Shown: positions 40,093-49,243 of the stretch, piece after piece
Position numbering within the stretch: position 1 is the first letter of the stretch
Layout: every line of letters begins with the position of its first letter
NCBI GenBank assembly: GCA_029880285.1
Contig: JAOUOS010000012.1
Coordinates: 484-64,483, forward strand
From: Spirochaetia bacterium
Lineage (GTDB): Bacteria; Spirochaetota; Leptospiria; Turneriellales; JAOUOS01
Direction: 5' to 3'
DNA: 64,000 bases
Program-made: the position numbers and the translations under genes
The notes under the pieces: generated by a model
Database searches by the model: none
Seen by the model: the letters and a program-made list of their open reading frames with translations, nothing else
What the model was told of the DNA's origin: nothing

Positions 40093-41447
40093 TAAACTAC
40101 AAAAGTGAAACATTAAAGTTTTCTGTATCAGGACTTAGAGGACTTTATCCTGAAGATATAAATCCGTCGAACATACCGGCCATTGTGCTATCATGGCATA
40201 AAACTTTGCCAAAAGGTCCCATCGCCATAGCGCGTGACAGCCGACCCACCGGACCCGCAATAAGCCGTCTTGCTGAGGGTGTTTTACTTTCTGCAGGCAG
40301 AGAAATATACGATCTTGGCGTTGTGCCAACGCCTACAATAAAAGCTTTTATCAACAAAAAAAACCTCGCGGGCGGACTTATGATATCGGCCAGCCATAAT
40401 CCCATGACCTATAACGCGTTTAAATTCATCGGCAAAAACGGATTTTTTTTCAATCAGGCTCAAAATGAAATTTTTAAAAAAAATATAGATTCCAAACAAA
40501 AATTAAACTGGGGTGATATGAAAACAGCCCGTCAAAATATAATATCAGCCGAAAAAGAAGCTATTGAAAAACATATTGAATCGGTTTTAGAAACAACAAA
40601 ATTATATCAGTATTTCAACTCGCTAAAAAATATTAGAGTAGCGATAGATCCTGTAGGCGGCTGCGCCTGCAATATTGTACCCATACTCTTAAAAACCGCC
40701 GGCGTTCAATACTTTTCGGTTCATGGCAAAATTGTGCCTAATTTTCCCAGAAATCCTGAACCTGTGCCTAACGCGTTAAAAGCACTGGGAAGTCTTGTAG
40801 TTGAAAAAAACTGTCATATTGGGTTTGCTTTTGATCCTGACGCCGACAGATTGGCCCTAGTGGGCCCTGACGGCAAACCTCTGGGTGAAGAAATGACCCT
40901 GCCACTTTCACTGCTTAAAGCATTACCCGAAAGAAACGGCGATATTGTTATAAACCTTTCTACTTCATGGTATAATAATTTTGTTGCAGCGAACTATAAC
41001 AAGAAAACTATACGCTCGGCTGTCGGCGAGGCCAATGTCGTAAAAAAAATGGTTCAAAAAAAAGCGGCTTTTGGCGGCGAAGGCAACGGCGGAGTTATAG
41101 ATCCTAAAGTTCCTTCTTTTGGCAGAGATTCTCTAACCGGCGTGGCATATATTTTATCACTTCTGGCCGAAGAAAATAATATTTATCAAATAACGAAAAC
41201 ATTTCCCGCATTGAAAATGAAAAAACTTACGCTAAAGGCAGATAAAAAAACATTAACCAATCTTTCTAATAAGTTAATAAAGAATTTTAAGAATTTTAAA
41301 ATTAACAAAGAAGACGGACTGCATCTTTCGGGTAAAAACGGTCTGCCGTGGATTCACTTAAGACCTTCAAATACAGAACCTATCGCGCGATTAATAGTAG
41401 AAGCAGAAACAGAAAAAGAATTGAACAGTATTTTATCAGATATATAA
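40089..41447 (+). CDS. Phosphohexomutase family enzyme (phosphomannomutase / phosphoglucosamine mutase)
   Basis: Active-site ISASHNP, metal loop FAFDPDADR, and GGEGNGG. The start overlaps the upstream stop (ATGA). Confidence 0.8.
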   Translation: MINYKSETLKFSVSGLRGLYPEDINPSNIPAIVLSWHKTLPKGPIAIARDSRPTGPAISRLAEGVLLSAGREIYDLGVVPTPTIKAFINKKNLAGGLMISASHNPMTYNAFKFIGKNGFFFNQAQNEIFKKNIDSKQKLNWGDMKTARQNIISAEKEAIEKHIESVLETTKLYQYFNSLKNIRVAIDPVGGCACNIVPILLKTAGVQYFSVHGKIVPNFPRNPEPVPNALKALGSLVVEKNCHIGFAFDPDADRLALVGPDGKPLGEEMTLPLSLLKALPERNGDIVINLSTSWYNNFVAANYNKKTIRSAVGEANVVKKMVQKKAAFGGEGNGGVIDPKVPSFGRDSLTGVAYILSLLAEENNIYQITKTFPALKMKKLTLKADKKTLTNLSNKLIKNFKNFKINKEDGLHLSGKNGLPWIHLRPSNTEPIARLIVEAETEKELNSILSDI

Positions 41448-41462
41448 AATAGTATTTTTTTA

Positions 41463-41681
41463 TCATACAGACTGCAATTCTATGTTTTCAAGAATTACTT
41501 TAGGAAGCATACCATCACCCACATTTTTTTTTGCATCTAATATTTCTATACCCACAAGAATTTCGTCAGGGCCAATATTAAGCGCTATCTCATCTGAAAG
41601 CCGAATAGTTCTGCATTCAAAATTACTAGACTTTAATTCAATGTACATTGTATCATATTTATCATCATATTTTATTTTCAT
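41463..41681 (-). CDS. DUF2283-family small protein (putative antitoxin partner of DUF4258)
   Basis: 72 aa. The YDDKYDTMYIEL and VGIEILDAK pattern is typical of DUF2283. Confidence 0.6.
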   Translation of the reverse strand: MKIKYDDKYDTMYIELKSSNFECRTIRLSDEIALNIGPDEILVGIEILDAKKNVGDGMLPKVILENIELQSV

Positions 41682-41691
41682 AATTTACCCC

Positions 41692-41946
41692 TTAATAATA
41701 AAAAGTATAAACGGTTATGACCACAATTTCTTTCTCTTCTTCAACTATTACAGGCGCAACCTGTTTAATAGCATAATAGACTCCTTGCCATTTTGAATTA
41801 AACTGAAAATTTGATCGATAAAGTTTACGATTTTTTTTTACAGTTTCAACTTCTCCATTTATAATTGCATACTCTATTTCGCTGACTTTTGCCCCGCGCA
41901 TTACAGCTTACTCTTGAGCATGTACTGTCAAACGAATCGGTTTCAT
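41692..41946 (-). pseudogene. DUF4258-family toxin-like gene interrupted by an in-frame TAA
   Basis: The minus strand reads ATG(41946-41944) MKPIRLTVHAQE, then TAA (41910-41908), then AVMRGAKVSEIEYAIING...VITVYTFYY, all in one frame. The track ORF starts at the internal Met (41901). Confidence 0.6.
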
Positions 41947-42050
41947 TTTACATGACTTTTAATTTATTATTCTTCTATATTGCAAATATTTTTTCTTCTC
42001 TTTCTTAAAATTTTTAGTTTTTATTATCTATTCTAAGTGAAAAATGTAAC

Positions 42051-43499
42051 CTATAATAACAAACCCAATACTTCAAAATGAGAGGTCCACGGGAAAAAAT
42101 CAAATAATGTTATTTCTTTTAATTGATATCCTAATTCTTTAAGTTTATTTACATCTCTGGCAAATGTCGCGGCATTGCATGAAGAATAAATGATTGGTTT
42201 TTTAAACTCGGGCCATATTTCTTTAAAAAATATTTCTATTTGAGAAGGCATAAACCCCCCTCTTGGAGGATTTATTAAAATAATATCGGCGTTATAATTT
42301 TGAATTTGTTTTTTATTTTCTTTTGATAATTTTTCAAGCTCATTTATATTTGCCTCTATATAATTTTGTTCAAACTCTTTTCTGTTATTATTAAATACAC
42401 CGCCGGCGAGCGCTACGTTATTATCTTTCGTTTTTTGCTCATGGTTTTTCGGCAAGTCAAAGAGATTATTTTCAATTTTTATTTTTTTCAAATCTTCTTT
42501 TTTTAATATATCAATACCCATTGATTTTAAAGGCAATGAATAATTTATTAAAGACGTAATAAATCCGAAACCTGAAAATATTTCTAATACTTTTATTTCT
42601 TTTGACTGTATATTTTTTTCGCCGCGAGTCTGCTTAATATACCCTTCTATTTTTTTGAGCCATAAAGGTAAAATTTTACTATTCACCTGAAAAAAAGAAG
42701 TATTCGGAATGGTAATTGTTGAAACTGTTTTTTCGGGAAATTCAATATTATATTGAAACATTAAATTTTTATCTTCAGGCGAATTTAATGAAGCATAATT
42801 TACCGTTTTTGAAAAATCATCAATTCTTGATCTTATGCATCGTTCAAGTTTTAACTTTTCAGGAAAACTTTTATCAAAAATATTCTGATCAAACAAAAGA
42901 CATCCTTTTTCAGGAAAGGGCATAGTTCTGTAACTCATGGGAGCATAAAATCCGCGCTTTGCGTATTTATTAATATGTACCTGAATATTGTTGCGGTAAT
43001 GATAAGGGTCAGATAAAGAAATAACTTCGACATTCGGCAGTTCAATTTTTTCTCTTTGAAAATGAATATTCAACCAGTTTTTTTTATATTCCAAAGTTTT
43101 TTCATAAGGCAGATGAAGCAGTTTACATCCGCCGCAAAATGTAAAGCTTTCACAGGTTTCGTCTACTCTCTCTTTTGATACATTCAAAAGAGCCCATTTT
43201 TTATGCTCAAATAACGGCTTGGATGGTTTTTCTTTATGTAACCTATATACTTCTTCGTTTGTAATTTCTTTAATCTCTTTTTGAGAAAGCAAAACTCCAA
43301 AAAAATGTTTAGACCTAACGCGCGTTACTTTTATGTATCCCGTTTCAGATGGAAGAATGCCAAGAATAAAACCTGTAAGAGGTTTTACCGGATATTTTAA
43401 ATTTTCAGCTTTTAGATGAACTAATCCATAGCCTTCAGATACAAGCGCGGAACATGAAACTTCGTAAATTTCATACTTTCGCAGTTTTCGTGTCTGCAT
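42051..43499 (-). CDS. 23S rRNA (uracil-5)-methyltransferase RumA/RlmD family
   Basis: Fe-S Cys cluster CESFTFCGGCKLLHL, plus FFQVN, INPPRGG and SCNAATFARD. Confidence 0.8.
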   Translation of the reverse strand: MQTRKLRKYEIYEVSCSALVSEGYGLVHLKAENLKYPVKPLTGFILGILPSETGYIKVTRVRSKHFFGVLLSQKEIKEITNEEVYRLHKEKPSKPLFEHKKWALLNVSKERVDETCESFTFCGGCKLLHLPYEKTLEYKKNWLNIHFQREKIELPNVEVISLSDPYHYRNNIQVHINKYAKRGFYAPMSYRTMPFPEKGCLLFDQNIFDKSFPEKLKLERCIRSRIDDFSKTVNYASLNSPEDKNLMFQYNIEFPEKTVSTITIPNTSFFQVNSKILPLWLKKIEGYIKQTRGEKNIQSKEIKVLEIFSGFGFITSLINYSLPLKSMGIDILKKEDLKKIKIENNLFDLPKNHEQKTKDNNVALAGGVFNNNRKEFEQNYIEANINELEKLSKENKKQIQNYNADIILINPPRGGFMPSQIEIFFKEIWPEFKKPIIYSSCNAATFARDVNKLKELGYQLKEITLFDFFPWTSHFEVLGLLL

Positions 43500-43511
43500 T
43501 AAAAAAACAAA

Positions 43512-45062
43512 TTATCCATGCCTAAAGTGTCTAATGCCGGTAAAAGCCATAATAATGCCGGCCTCATCGGCCGCCTTAATGCTCTCTTCGTCATTCATGG
43601 AACCTCCCGGCTGAATAATCGCTTTTGCTCCTGCTTTAATAGCAAGATCAACCGCGTCTCTAAACGGGAAAAACGCTTCAGAAGCCATACAGCTGCCGGT
43701 TAAATCGAGTTTAGCGTCTTTTGCTTTTTTAACGGCAATATCCATAGAGTCAAGGCGGCTCATTTGCCCGGCGCCAATTCCTAATGTATGATTATCTTTG
43801 GTAAAAACCACAGCGTTAGATTTAATATATTTTACCACTTGAAACGCGAACAATAACTCTTCAATCTCATTTTTTTCGGGTTTTTTCTTAGTTACTATAT
43901 TTAAATCTTTTTCTGTTACTATGCGGCTGTCGCTCTCCTGCAGTAAAAATCCGAAAGAAGAATTTTTAATTTCAATTTGAGACATAGAAAGTTCATGTAA
44001 ATTGGGTATCTTTATAAGCCTTAAATTTTTCTTCTTTTTTAATATTTCAAGAGCCTTATCGTCATATTCGGGAGCCACTACTATTTCAAAAAAATGTTTG
44101 TTAATAAGTTCCGCCGTTTCAGGCTCTATTTTATCATTAAAAGAAATAATTCCCCCGAAAAAACTTACCGGATCTGTTTGTATGGCCCGCTCCAGGTTTT
44201 CAAGCTGGGTTTTACCAAGCGATATTCCACAGGGATTGGTATGCTTAAATATGGCGCAAACCGGTTCAGAAAAATCTCTGGCTACCGAAATAGCGGCGTC
44301 AAGATCAAGAAAGTTATTGTAAGAAAGCTCTTTACCGTGAAGCTGATCCCACGGCAGTTTTTCGCTTAAAGCAGGCATGAAAAACGCGCCTTCCTGATGC
44401 GGATTTTCGCCGTATCGTAAATTTTGAAATCTTTTCATTGCCAAACTAAAACCCGCGGGAAACTTCTCTCCCTGAAGACCATACAGATACTGAGAAATTA
44501 TAGAATCATAAGATGCCGTGCGCGAGAACGCCTCTACCGCGAGCTGGAATCTGTATTCTTCTGAAAACTCTCCCGAATTTTCGCTGAATCTTCGTAAAAA
44601 TTCTTTGTACTGCGAAGGGTCTACAATTACGGCGACATCTTTATAATTTTTCGCGGCGGCACGAATCATCGAGGGCCCGCCAATATCTATATTTTCAATG
44701 GCTTCTTCAAACGTAAAATTATCTTTTCTTACCACCTCTTCAAAAGGATATAAATTAATACAAACCAGATCAAAAGTAAGTACATCGTAAGACGACAAAC
44801 TTTCCATATGAGAATCGTTATCTCTTTTCGCTAAAATTCCGCCATGCACCTTAGGATGAAGGGTTTTAACCCTACCGTCTAAAATTTCGGGGAAGCCCGT
44901 ATATTTACCAATGGATATTGCGTCAATACCCGCTTCATTTAGCGTTCGCAGCGTACCCCCCGTAGAATAAATTTCAATCCCGTGTTTATCAAGTTCTTTA
45001 GCAAGCTCAATAAGCCCTGTCTTATCAGATACCGAAATAATTGCTCTTTCTATTTTTTTCAT
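43512..45062 (-). CDS. purH: Bifunctional AICAR transformylase / IMP cyclohydrolase
   Basis: RAIISVSDKTGL, GGILAKRD, IDIGGPSMIRAAAKN, and a C-terminal ...FTGIRHFRHG. Confidence 0.95.
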   Translation of the reverse strand: MKKIERAIISVSDKTGLIELAKELDKHGIEIYSTGGTLRTLNEAGIDAISIGKYTGFPEILDGRVKTLHPKVHGGILAKRDNDSHMESLSSYDVLTFDLVCINLYPFEEVVRKDNFTFEEAIENIDIGGPSMIRAAAKNYKDVAVIVDPSQYKEFLRRFSENSGEFSEEYRFQLAVEAFSRTASYDSIISQYLYGLQGEKFPAGFSLAMKRFQNLRYGENPHQEGAFFMPALSEKLPWDQLHGKELSYNNFLDLDAAISVARDFSEPVCAIFKHTNPCGISLGKTQLENLERAIQTDPVSFFGGIISFNDKIEPETAELINKHFFEIVVAPEYDDKALEILKKKKNLRLIKIPNLHELSMSQIEIKNSSFGFLLQESDSRIVTEKDLNIVTKKKPEKNEIEELLFAFQVVKYIKSNAVVFTKDNHTLGIGAGQMSRLDSMDIAVKKAKDAKLDLTGSCMASEAFFPFRDAVDLAIKAGAKAIIQPGGSMNDEESIKAADEAGIIMAFTGIRHFRHG

Positions 45063-45152
45063 GGCGCCTCTTTATAATTCATATAGTCCTGAAAATATAT
45101 TTTTTTCACGGCGTCAAGTGAATGGGGCTCTAAAGTCGATTTTATCGCAAGT

Positions 45153-45332
45153 TCAATTACTTGGGCCACAGAGGCCCCAGAGTTCACAGAGAAATTCTTC
45201 CAATAATCCCACTTCTAAAACCTTATGCACTTCTATCGCTTCACCAATTATTTGCTCTGTTATTATACCCCTAAACTCTATGTTCTCTGGGTGCGCCACC
45301 TGCAGTGAGCAAGGTCGAACCTGTGACTTCAA
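45153..45332 (-). pseudogene. Remnant of a GxxExxY-family (PD-(D/E)XK-like) gene
   Basis: The minus-strand frame gives ...HPENIEFRGIITEQIIGEAIEVHKVLEVGLLEEFLCELWGLCGPSN*. The IIG.AIEVH..LG.GLLE core of the family is present but there is no ATG and the C-terminal two thirds are missing. Confidence 0.45.
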
Positions 45333-45380
45333 CTAAAAGACTAATGTTTGTTTAATCTATGAATTTTAAAATATTTAACA

Positions 45381-46565
45381 TTAAACAACAACACTTTCTA
45401 ATTTTTTATAATGATCATTCAGTTCTTCTATGGCATATAAAAATCTTGTTTTTTCATCCATATGAGCGTGCTCATCATTATCATTATGATCACATGGCAG
45501 GCCCGTATCCAGATTATAATTTTTATCAAGATAAGGTACATCCGCATGATTTTTATGAAAGTAATCTTTAGCCGAATTACTCTTTACGTCATTTAAATAA
45601 GCTTCTGAAGCCAGAATAATTTTTTCGGTAACCGATACGGCAATATTAAACAACTGCTCGGCAGAATATAAAAGCTGGTGTTCTTCTGATACACTCCAGT
45701 TACTGTTTTTTTCATTTAAATATTTTTCGGTCTCCATACTAACTATTGATTTAATGGGCTTTAGGGCCAATATTTTTTTTGACGTTGTTAAATTAAACAA
45801 GGGCGAAGAATAAACGCTGCTTATAGTATCTACAAAATCGTCGTATGCTTCATGAATAGGATGTTCTTCATCGTCAAGAGAAAACTTTTCAAAATATTCG
45901 GCATATTTTCTATTATTATTATAACTGCCTGAATCTATATGTGCCGCGTAAACTTCTTTAATACTGTCGTTTATTAATTTGAAAATATCTTCATCAAGCG
46001 TTTTATCGTTATTTTGATGATAGCATTTTATTTTTTCATAGTATTTATATTTATACGGATTTACATCTTTCCCTTCGATTTTTTTCAAAAGATGCGTATC
46101 AATAACCGCCTCTACCAGTTTATGTTTATTGTAATTTTCTGCCGGATCATGTTTTAACCAGTGATCCTCTGATTTTCTATACACAAACGGATGAAATACA
46201 AAATCAGAAACCGCATGGCAGTAATATCCATACGCGAAAGCCAATAACTTGTTTATAACTTTTTCACTTGCGCCTTCATTTTTTTTCTTTTTAATATTAT
46301 CAAGCATAGAACTAAAAAAATCGAGCGAACCTTCCCAGTGAAATAAATCGGATATAAATTCGTAATTATATTTTTCAATAGTTTCACTAATACCGCCTAA
46401 AACTCCCCAGAAAATATCTTTCATATAAAACAAATCGGGACCAAACGATCCAAAACCGGCGTACTTGTTATTTTCTTCCCATTTATTACTTTGCGTATTT
46501 TTCATCGCGTTTTTTATTACTAGATAATGTGTTATTGGCTGCGGCATTGTTGTCTCCTTTAACAT
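45381..46565 (-). CDS. Zinc-dependent phospholipase C-like domain protein
   Basis: N-terminal ITHYLV, FGSFGPDLFY, and GYYCHAVSDFVFHPFV. The pattern resembles the PLC / P1-nuclease-like fold family. Confidence 0.45.
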   Translation of the reverse strand: MLKETTMPQPITHYLVIKNAMKNTQSNKWEENNKYAGFGSFGPDLFYMKDIFWGVLGGISETIEKYNYEFISDLFHWEGSLDFFSSMLDNIKKKKNEGASEKVINKLLAFAYGYYCHAVSDFVFHPFVYRKSEDHWLKHDPAENYNKHKLVEAVIDTHLLKKIEGKDVNPYKYKYYEKIKCYHQNNDKTLDEDIFKLINDSIKEVYAAHIDSGSYNNNRKYAEYFEKFSLDDEEHPIHEAYDDFVDTISSVYSSPLFNLTTSKKILALKPIKSIVSMETEKYLNEKNSNWSVSEEHQLLYSAEQLFNIAVSVTEKIILASEAYLNDVKSNSAKDYFHKNHADVPYLDKNYNLDTGLPCDHNDNDEHAHMDEKTRFLYAIEELNDHYKKLESVVV

Positions 46566-46569
46566 TTTT

Positions 46570-46929
46570 TCATATCAGTAAAATAACGACAAGCGCTCCC
46601 AAAACTAAACCTGCACCACCCGTTATCCACTTCCATTTTTTTTCTGATTGATAATTATCCTCTGCTTTTTTACCCATTTCATTCATTAATGTTGCTCTAT
46701 CCCTGAGTTTTTTAATCTCGTCACTCTTTACATCTGTCACATCTTCATATTTTTTAACCAGTTTTTTTTGTTCTTCTATTTCTGTTTGTTGTAGCTCAAT
46801 TTGTTTTTCTGATGCCTCTAATTCTTTTTTTAACGGCTCAACCGTTTCACTTTTCTTTTTATAATCTAACGCTTTTTCTACAAACTCTCTTTCAACAACA
46901 AATACACTTTCGTGGGGTCGTCGCCTATT
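46570..46929 (-). other. 119-codon open frame (coiled coil plus C-terminal TM) lacking a start codon and overlapping the amidase ORF end in another frame
   Basis: It translates as ...EFVEKALDYKKKSETVEPLKKELEASEKQIELQQTEIEEQKKLVKKYEDV...KKWKWITGGAGLVLGALVVILLI*. The first ATG would give only a 38-aa product. Confidence 0.5.
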
Positions 46930-47261
46930 TCATGGCCTAGTCCCTTAAAATTTCCATGATGAGCTATTGATACGCCATATCTATTTTCAGATTTCGTGTG
47001 CCAAACTACATGCTCCAAGTCATTTGCCTGAATGACCTCGCCGTCTTCGCGTATACCAAAATGATAGCATATATGCGGGCATCCTCTTTGAGAAATATGA
47101 TTATTAACACCCGGGCTTATATGATATCTATTTATGGTTTCAAAAGTTGAATTGGCCTGCGTTTGATGAACAACAATTTTATTAATTTCATGTATTTTGC
47201 GCTCACCCCAAACACCATCAGGGTGCCAGGGTAACTGGCGAATTAAATTTTTGACTTGCAT
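46878..47261 (-). CDS. N-acetylmuramoyl-L-alanine amidase (Amidase_2/PGRP-like), apparently C-terminally truncated
   Basis: IVVHQTQ, CYHFGIREDGEVIQ and WHTKSENRYGVSIAHHGNF. The ORF stops soon after DDPTK, before the usual last zinc-ligand segment. Confidence 0.65.
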   Translation of the reverse strand: MQVKNLIRQLPWHPDGVWGERKIHEINKIVVHQTQANSTFETINRYHISPGVNNHISQRGCPHICYHFGIREDGEVIQANDLEHVVWHTKSENRYGVSIAHHGNFKGLGHEIGDDPTKVYLLLKESL

Positions 47262-47493
47262 ACAATATCCCCATTTGTTTTTTTATATTTATTTTATTGT
47301 ATTTTTGATAGCTTTATATTTGTCCTTTCATTTTGGCAATAATTATTTTGTTGTTTTATTGTTTTTTTATTGTTTTTTTCGGCAATGTTGAACATCCAGC
47401 CTTTGGGAATAAGGCCGTCAAAAAAAGAAAAAGTAACCTCTAAACCTTAAATTAATGGTCAAATCTGCTAAATTTATCTAAATATATTCTAGA

Positions 47494-48087
47494 ATGTCAG
47501 TATATTCTGCTGCGGTTATTTTATTTTTGGTGATGGACCCTTTTGGGAACATACCGGCTTTTTTATCGGTTCTAAATTCGGTAGACAGAAAAAGAAGAAA
47601 ACGCGTAATACTCAGAGAAATGCTTATCGCTCTTTTTGTATTGACAGTGTTTTTATTCGCGGGCAAATATATTTTAACGGGCCTTCAGATTTCAGAACCC
47701 GCATTAAGTATTTCGGGCGGTATTATTTTGTTTATTATTGCTCTTAAAATGATATTTTCTATTCAATTTCACTGGCATAACGGCGGTGAAGATGAAGAAC
47801 CTCTGGTTGTCCCTTTGGCTATGCCGTTAATTGCCGGGCCTTCTGCTATGGCGATGGTCATTCTTTTCTCAACACGATATCCCGAAAAAATATGGCTTTG
47901 GTTTGCGGCCCTTATTGCCGCGTGGTCTATGAGTTGTATTATTTTATTAATGTCTGATATAATTTTTAAGTTTTTTGGCAGTAAATTTATGAAAGCCATT
48001 GAAAAATTTATGGGAATGATATTAACAACGTTCTCGGTACAAATGCTTTTAAATGGAATTAAAAACTTTATACAAACATTAAACTAA
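47494..48087 (+). CDS. MarC-family (UPF0056) integral membrane protein
   Basis: MDPFGNIPAFL signature and six TM helices. Confidence 0.8.
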   Translation: MSVYSAAVILFLVMDPFGNIPAFLSVLNSVDRKRRKRVILREMLIALFVLTVFLFAGKYILTGLQISEPALSISGGIILFIIALKMIFSIQFHWHNGGEDEEPLVVPLAMPLIAGPSAMAMVILFSTRYPEKIWLWFAALIAAWSMSCIILLMSDIIFKFFGSKFMKAIEKFMGMILTTFSVQMLLNGIKNFIQTLN

Positions 48088-48091
48088 CTTT

Positions 48092-48967
48092 TTAATAAAC
48101 TTCTTTTAAAATTCTTCCCTGAAATTTATTTATTAAGTAATTTTCGCTTTCGCCAAGTTCTTTAGATATAACCTGCATTGCTTCTTCAATGCCTTCTTCC
48201 ATACCTTTTAGGCCGCATAAATAAATAATTGTTTTATCGTTTTGCAAAATACCTGCTAATTCTTCACTCATTTCAATCATACGGTGATGAACATACATAC
48301 GGCCGCCCTCTTTGTTTTTTTGCTCGCGGCTTATGGCTTGTATATAATGAAAATTTGGATTTTCAATTTTTGAAAATTCATCTTCATACATCATTTCACT
48401 TTTATAACGCGCGCCAAAAAACAGGTATATGGGGCTGTTGAATTCAGGAGTATGATTTAACAAACGGTCTATCATGCCTCTAAAAGGAGCAATACCTGTG
48501 CCTGTTGCTAAAAATACGTAGGGCCTGTTTATTTCAGATGTATCGGGCAATAAATATTTTCTGCCAGATGGACCTGTCATTAAAACCTCATCGCCTTCTT
48601 TTAAATCACATAGATAATTTGAGCAAACGCCTTTAACTTCTTTACCTGTGCTTTCATCGTTATACACGACTCGCCTTACACATAGTGTTAATTTTTCATT
48701 ATGATTAATATCATTACCCATTGAGGCTATTGAATACAATCTGGGATTATGCGCCTTGCCCTGTTCATTTTCACCCGGAGGTATAACCGGCGCGCTTTGG
48801 CCTTCTTTATATTTATAATCTTTAGTATCAAAAACAATATGGCATACATCACTGCCCGATTCGCCCTCTACTAAGATTTTTTTTTCAACACACACGGCTT
48901 TTAAAGGCTCCGCTTTTCTATACTGGTTAACAATAACTTCTGGTAATTTAAAAGATACTTCTGACAT
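48092..48967 (-). CDS. fpr: Plant-type ferredoxin-NADP+ reductase
   Basis: PRLYSIAS, GTGIAPFRG, LCGLKGME and a C-terminal Tyr. Confidence 0.85.
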   Translation of the reverse strand: MSEVSFKLPEVIVNQYRKAEPLKAVCVEKKILVEGESGSDVCHIVFDTKDYKYKEGQSAPVIPPGENEQGKAHNPRLYSIASMGNDINHNEKLTLCVRRVVYNDESTGKEVKGVCSNYLCDLKEGDEVLMTGPSGRKYLLPDTSEINRPYVFLATGTGIAPFRGMIDRLLNHTPEFNSPIYLFFGARYKSEMMYEDEFSKIENPNFHYIQAISREQKNKEGGRMYVHHRMIEMSEELAGILQNDKTIIYLCGLKGMEEGIEEAMQVISKELGESENYLINKFQGRILKEVY

Positions 48968-49028
48968 AATAAATCCAATTTTTTATTTTGAAACACCCTA
49001 TCAACTTAAATAAATCTTCTTCCCATTT

Positions 49029-49142
49029 GTCATTCACGCACCGCATCTAAGCCTGTGCCCGCGAAAGCGGGTACGGCAAAAATTCCAACGGGAATCTATA
49101 ACTAACCCTTCTTTGAGATTTCCACTTTCGTGGGAATTACGG
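49029..49142 (+). repeat. Structured intergenic repeat element, copy 2
   Basis: GTCATTCACGCACCGCATC matches copy 1 at 16 of 19 positions. It has the hairpin GTGCCCGC-GAAA-GCGGGTAC, an exact AAATTCCAACGGGAATC (49080-49096) and the hairpin TTCCAC-TTTC-GTGGGAA. Confidence 0.7.
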
Positions 49143-49243
49143 TTTGCATCAAGGCCTAATCCTGTAAATCCTGTTAAAAAAAATATATAAGATATTTTTT
49201 ATTTGACATAACAAATAGAATTCAAATGAATCTTAAATAAATT

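Noticed and set aside
45061-45336. 91-aa plus-strand ORF (MAPLYNSYSPENIFF...GPQRPQSSQR...)
   Set aside because: It has no recognisable motif and low-complexity composition. It lies antisense to the GxxExxY-like fragment and its ATG overlaps the purH start on the opposite strand. I treat it as a shadow ORF.
47262-47493. Near-tandem ATTGTTTTTTT repeats and long AT-rich gap upstream of the MarC gene
   Set aside because: It is low-complexity T-rich promoter-region DNA. I saw no repeat-spacer periodicity, no hairpins and no coding potential.
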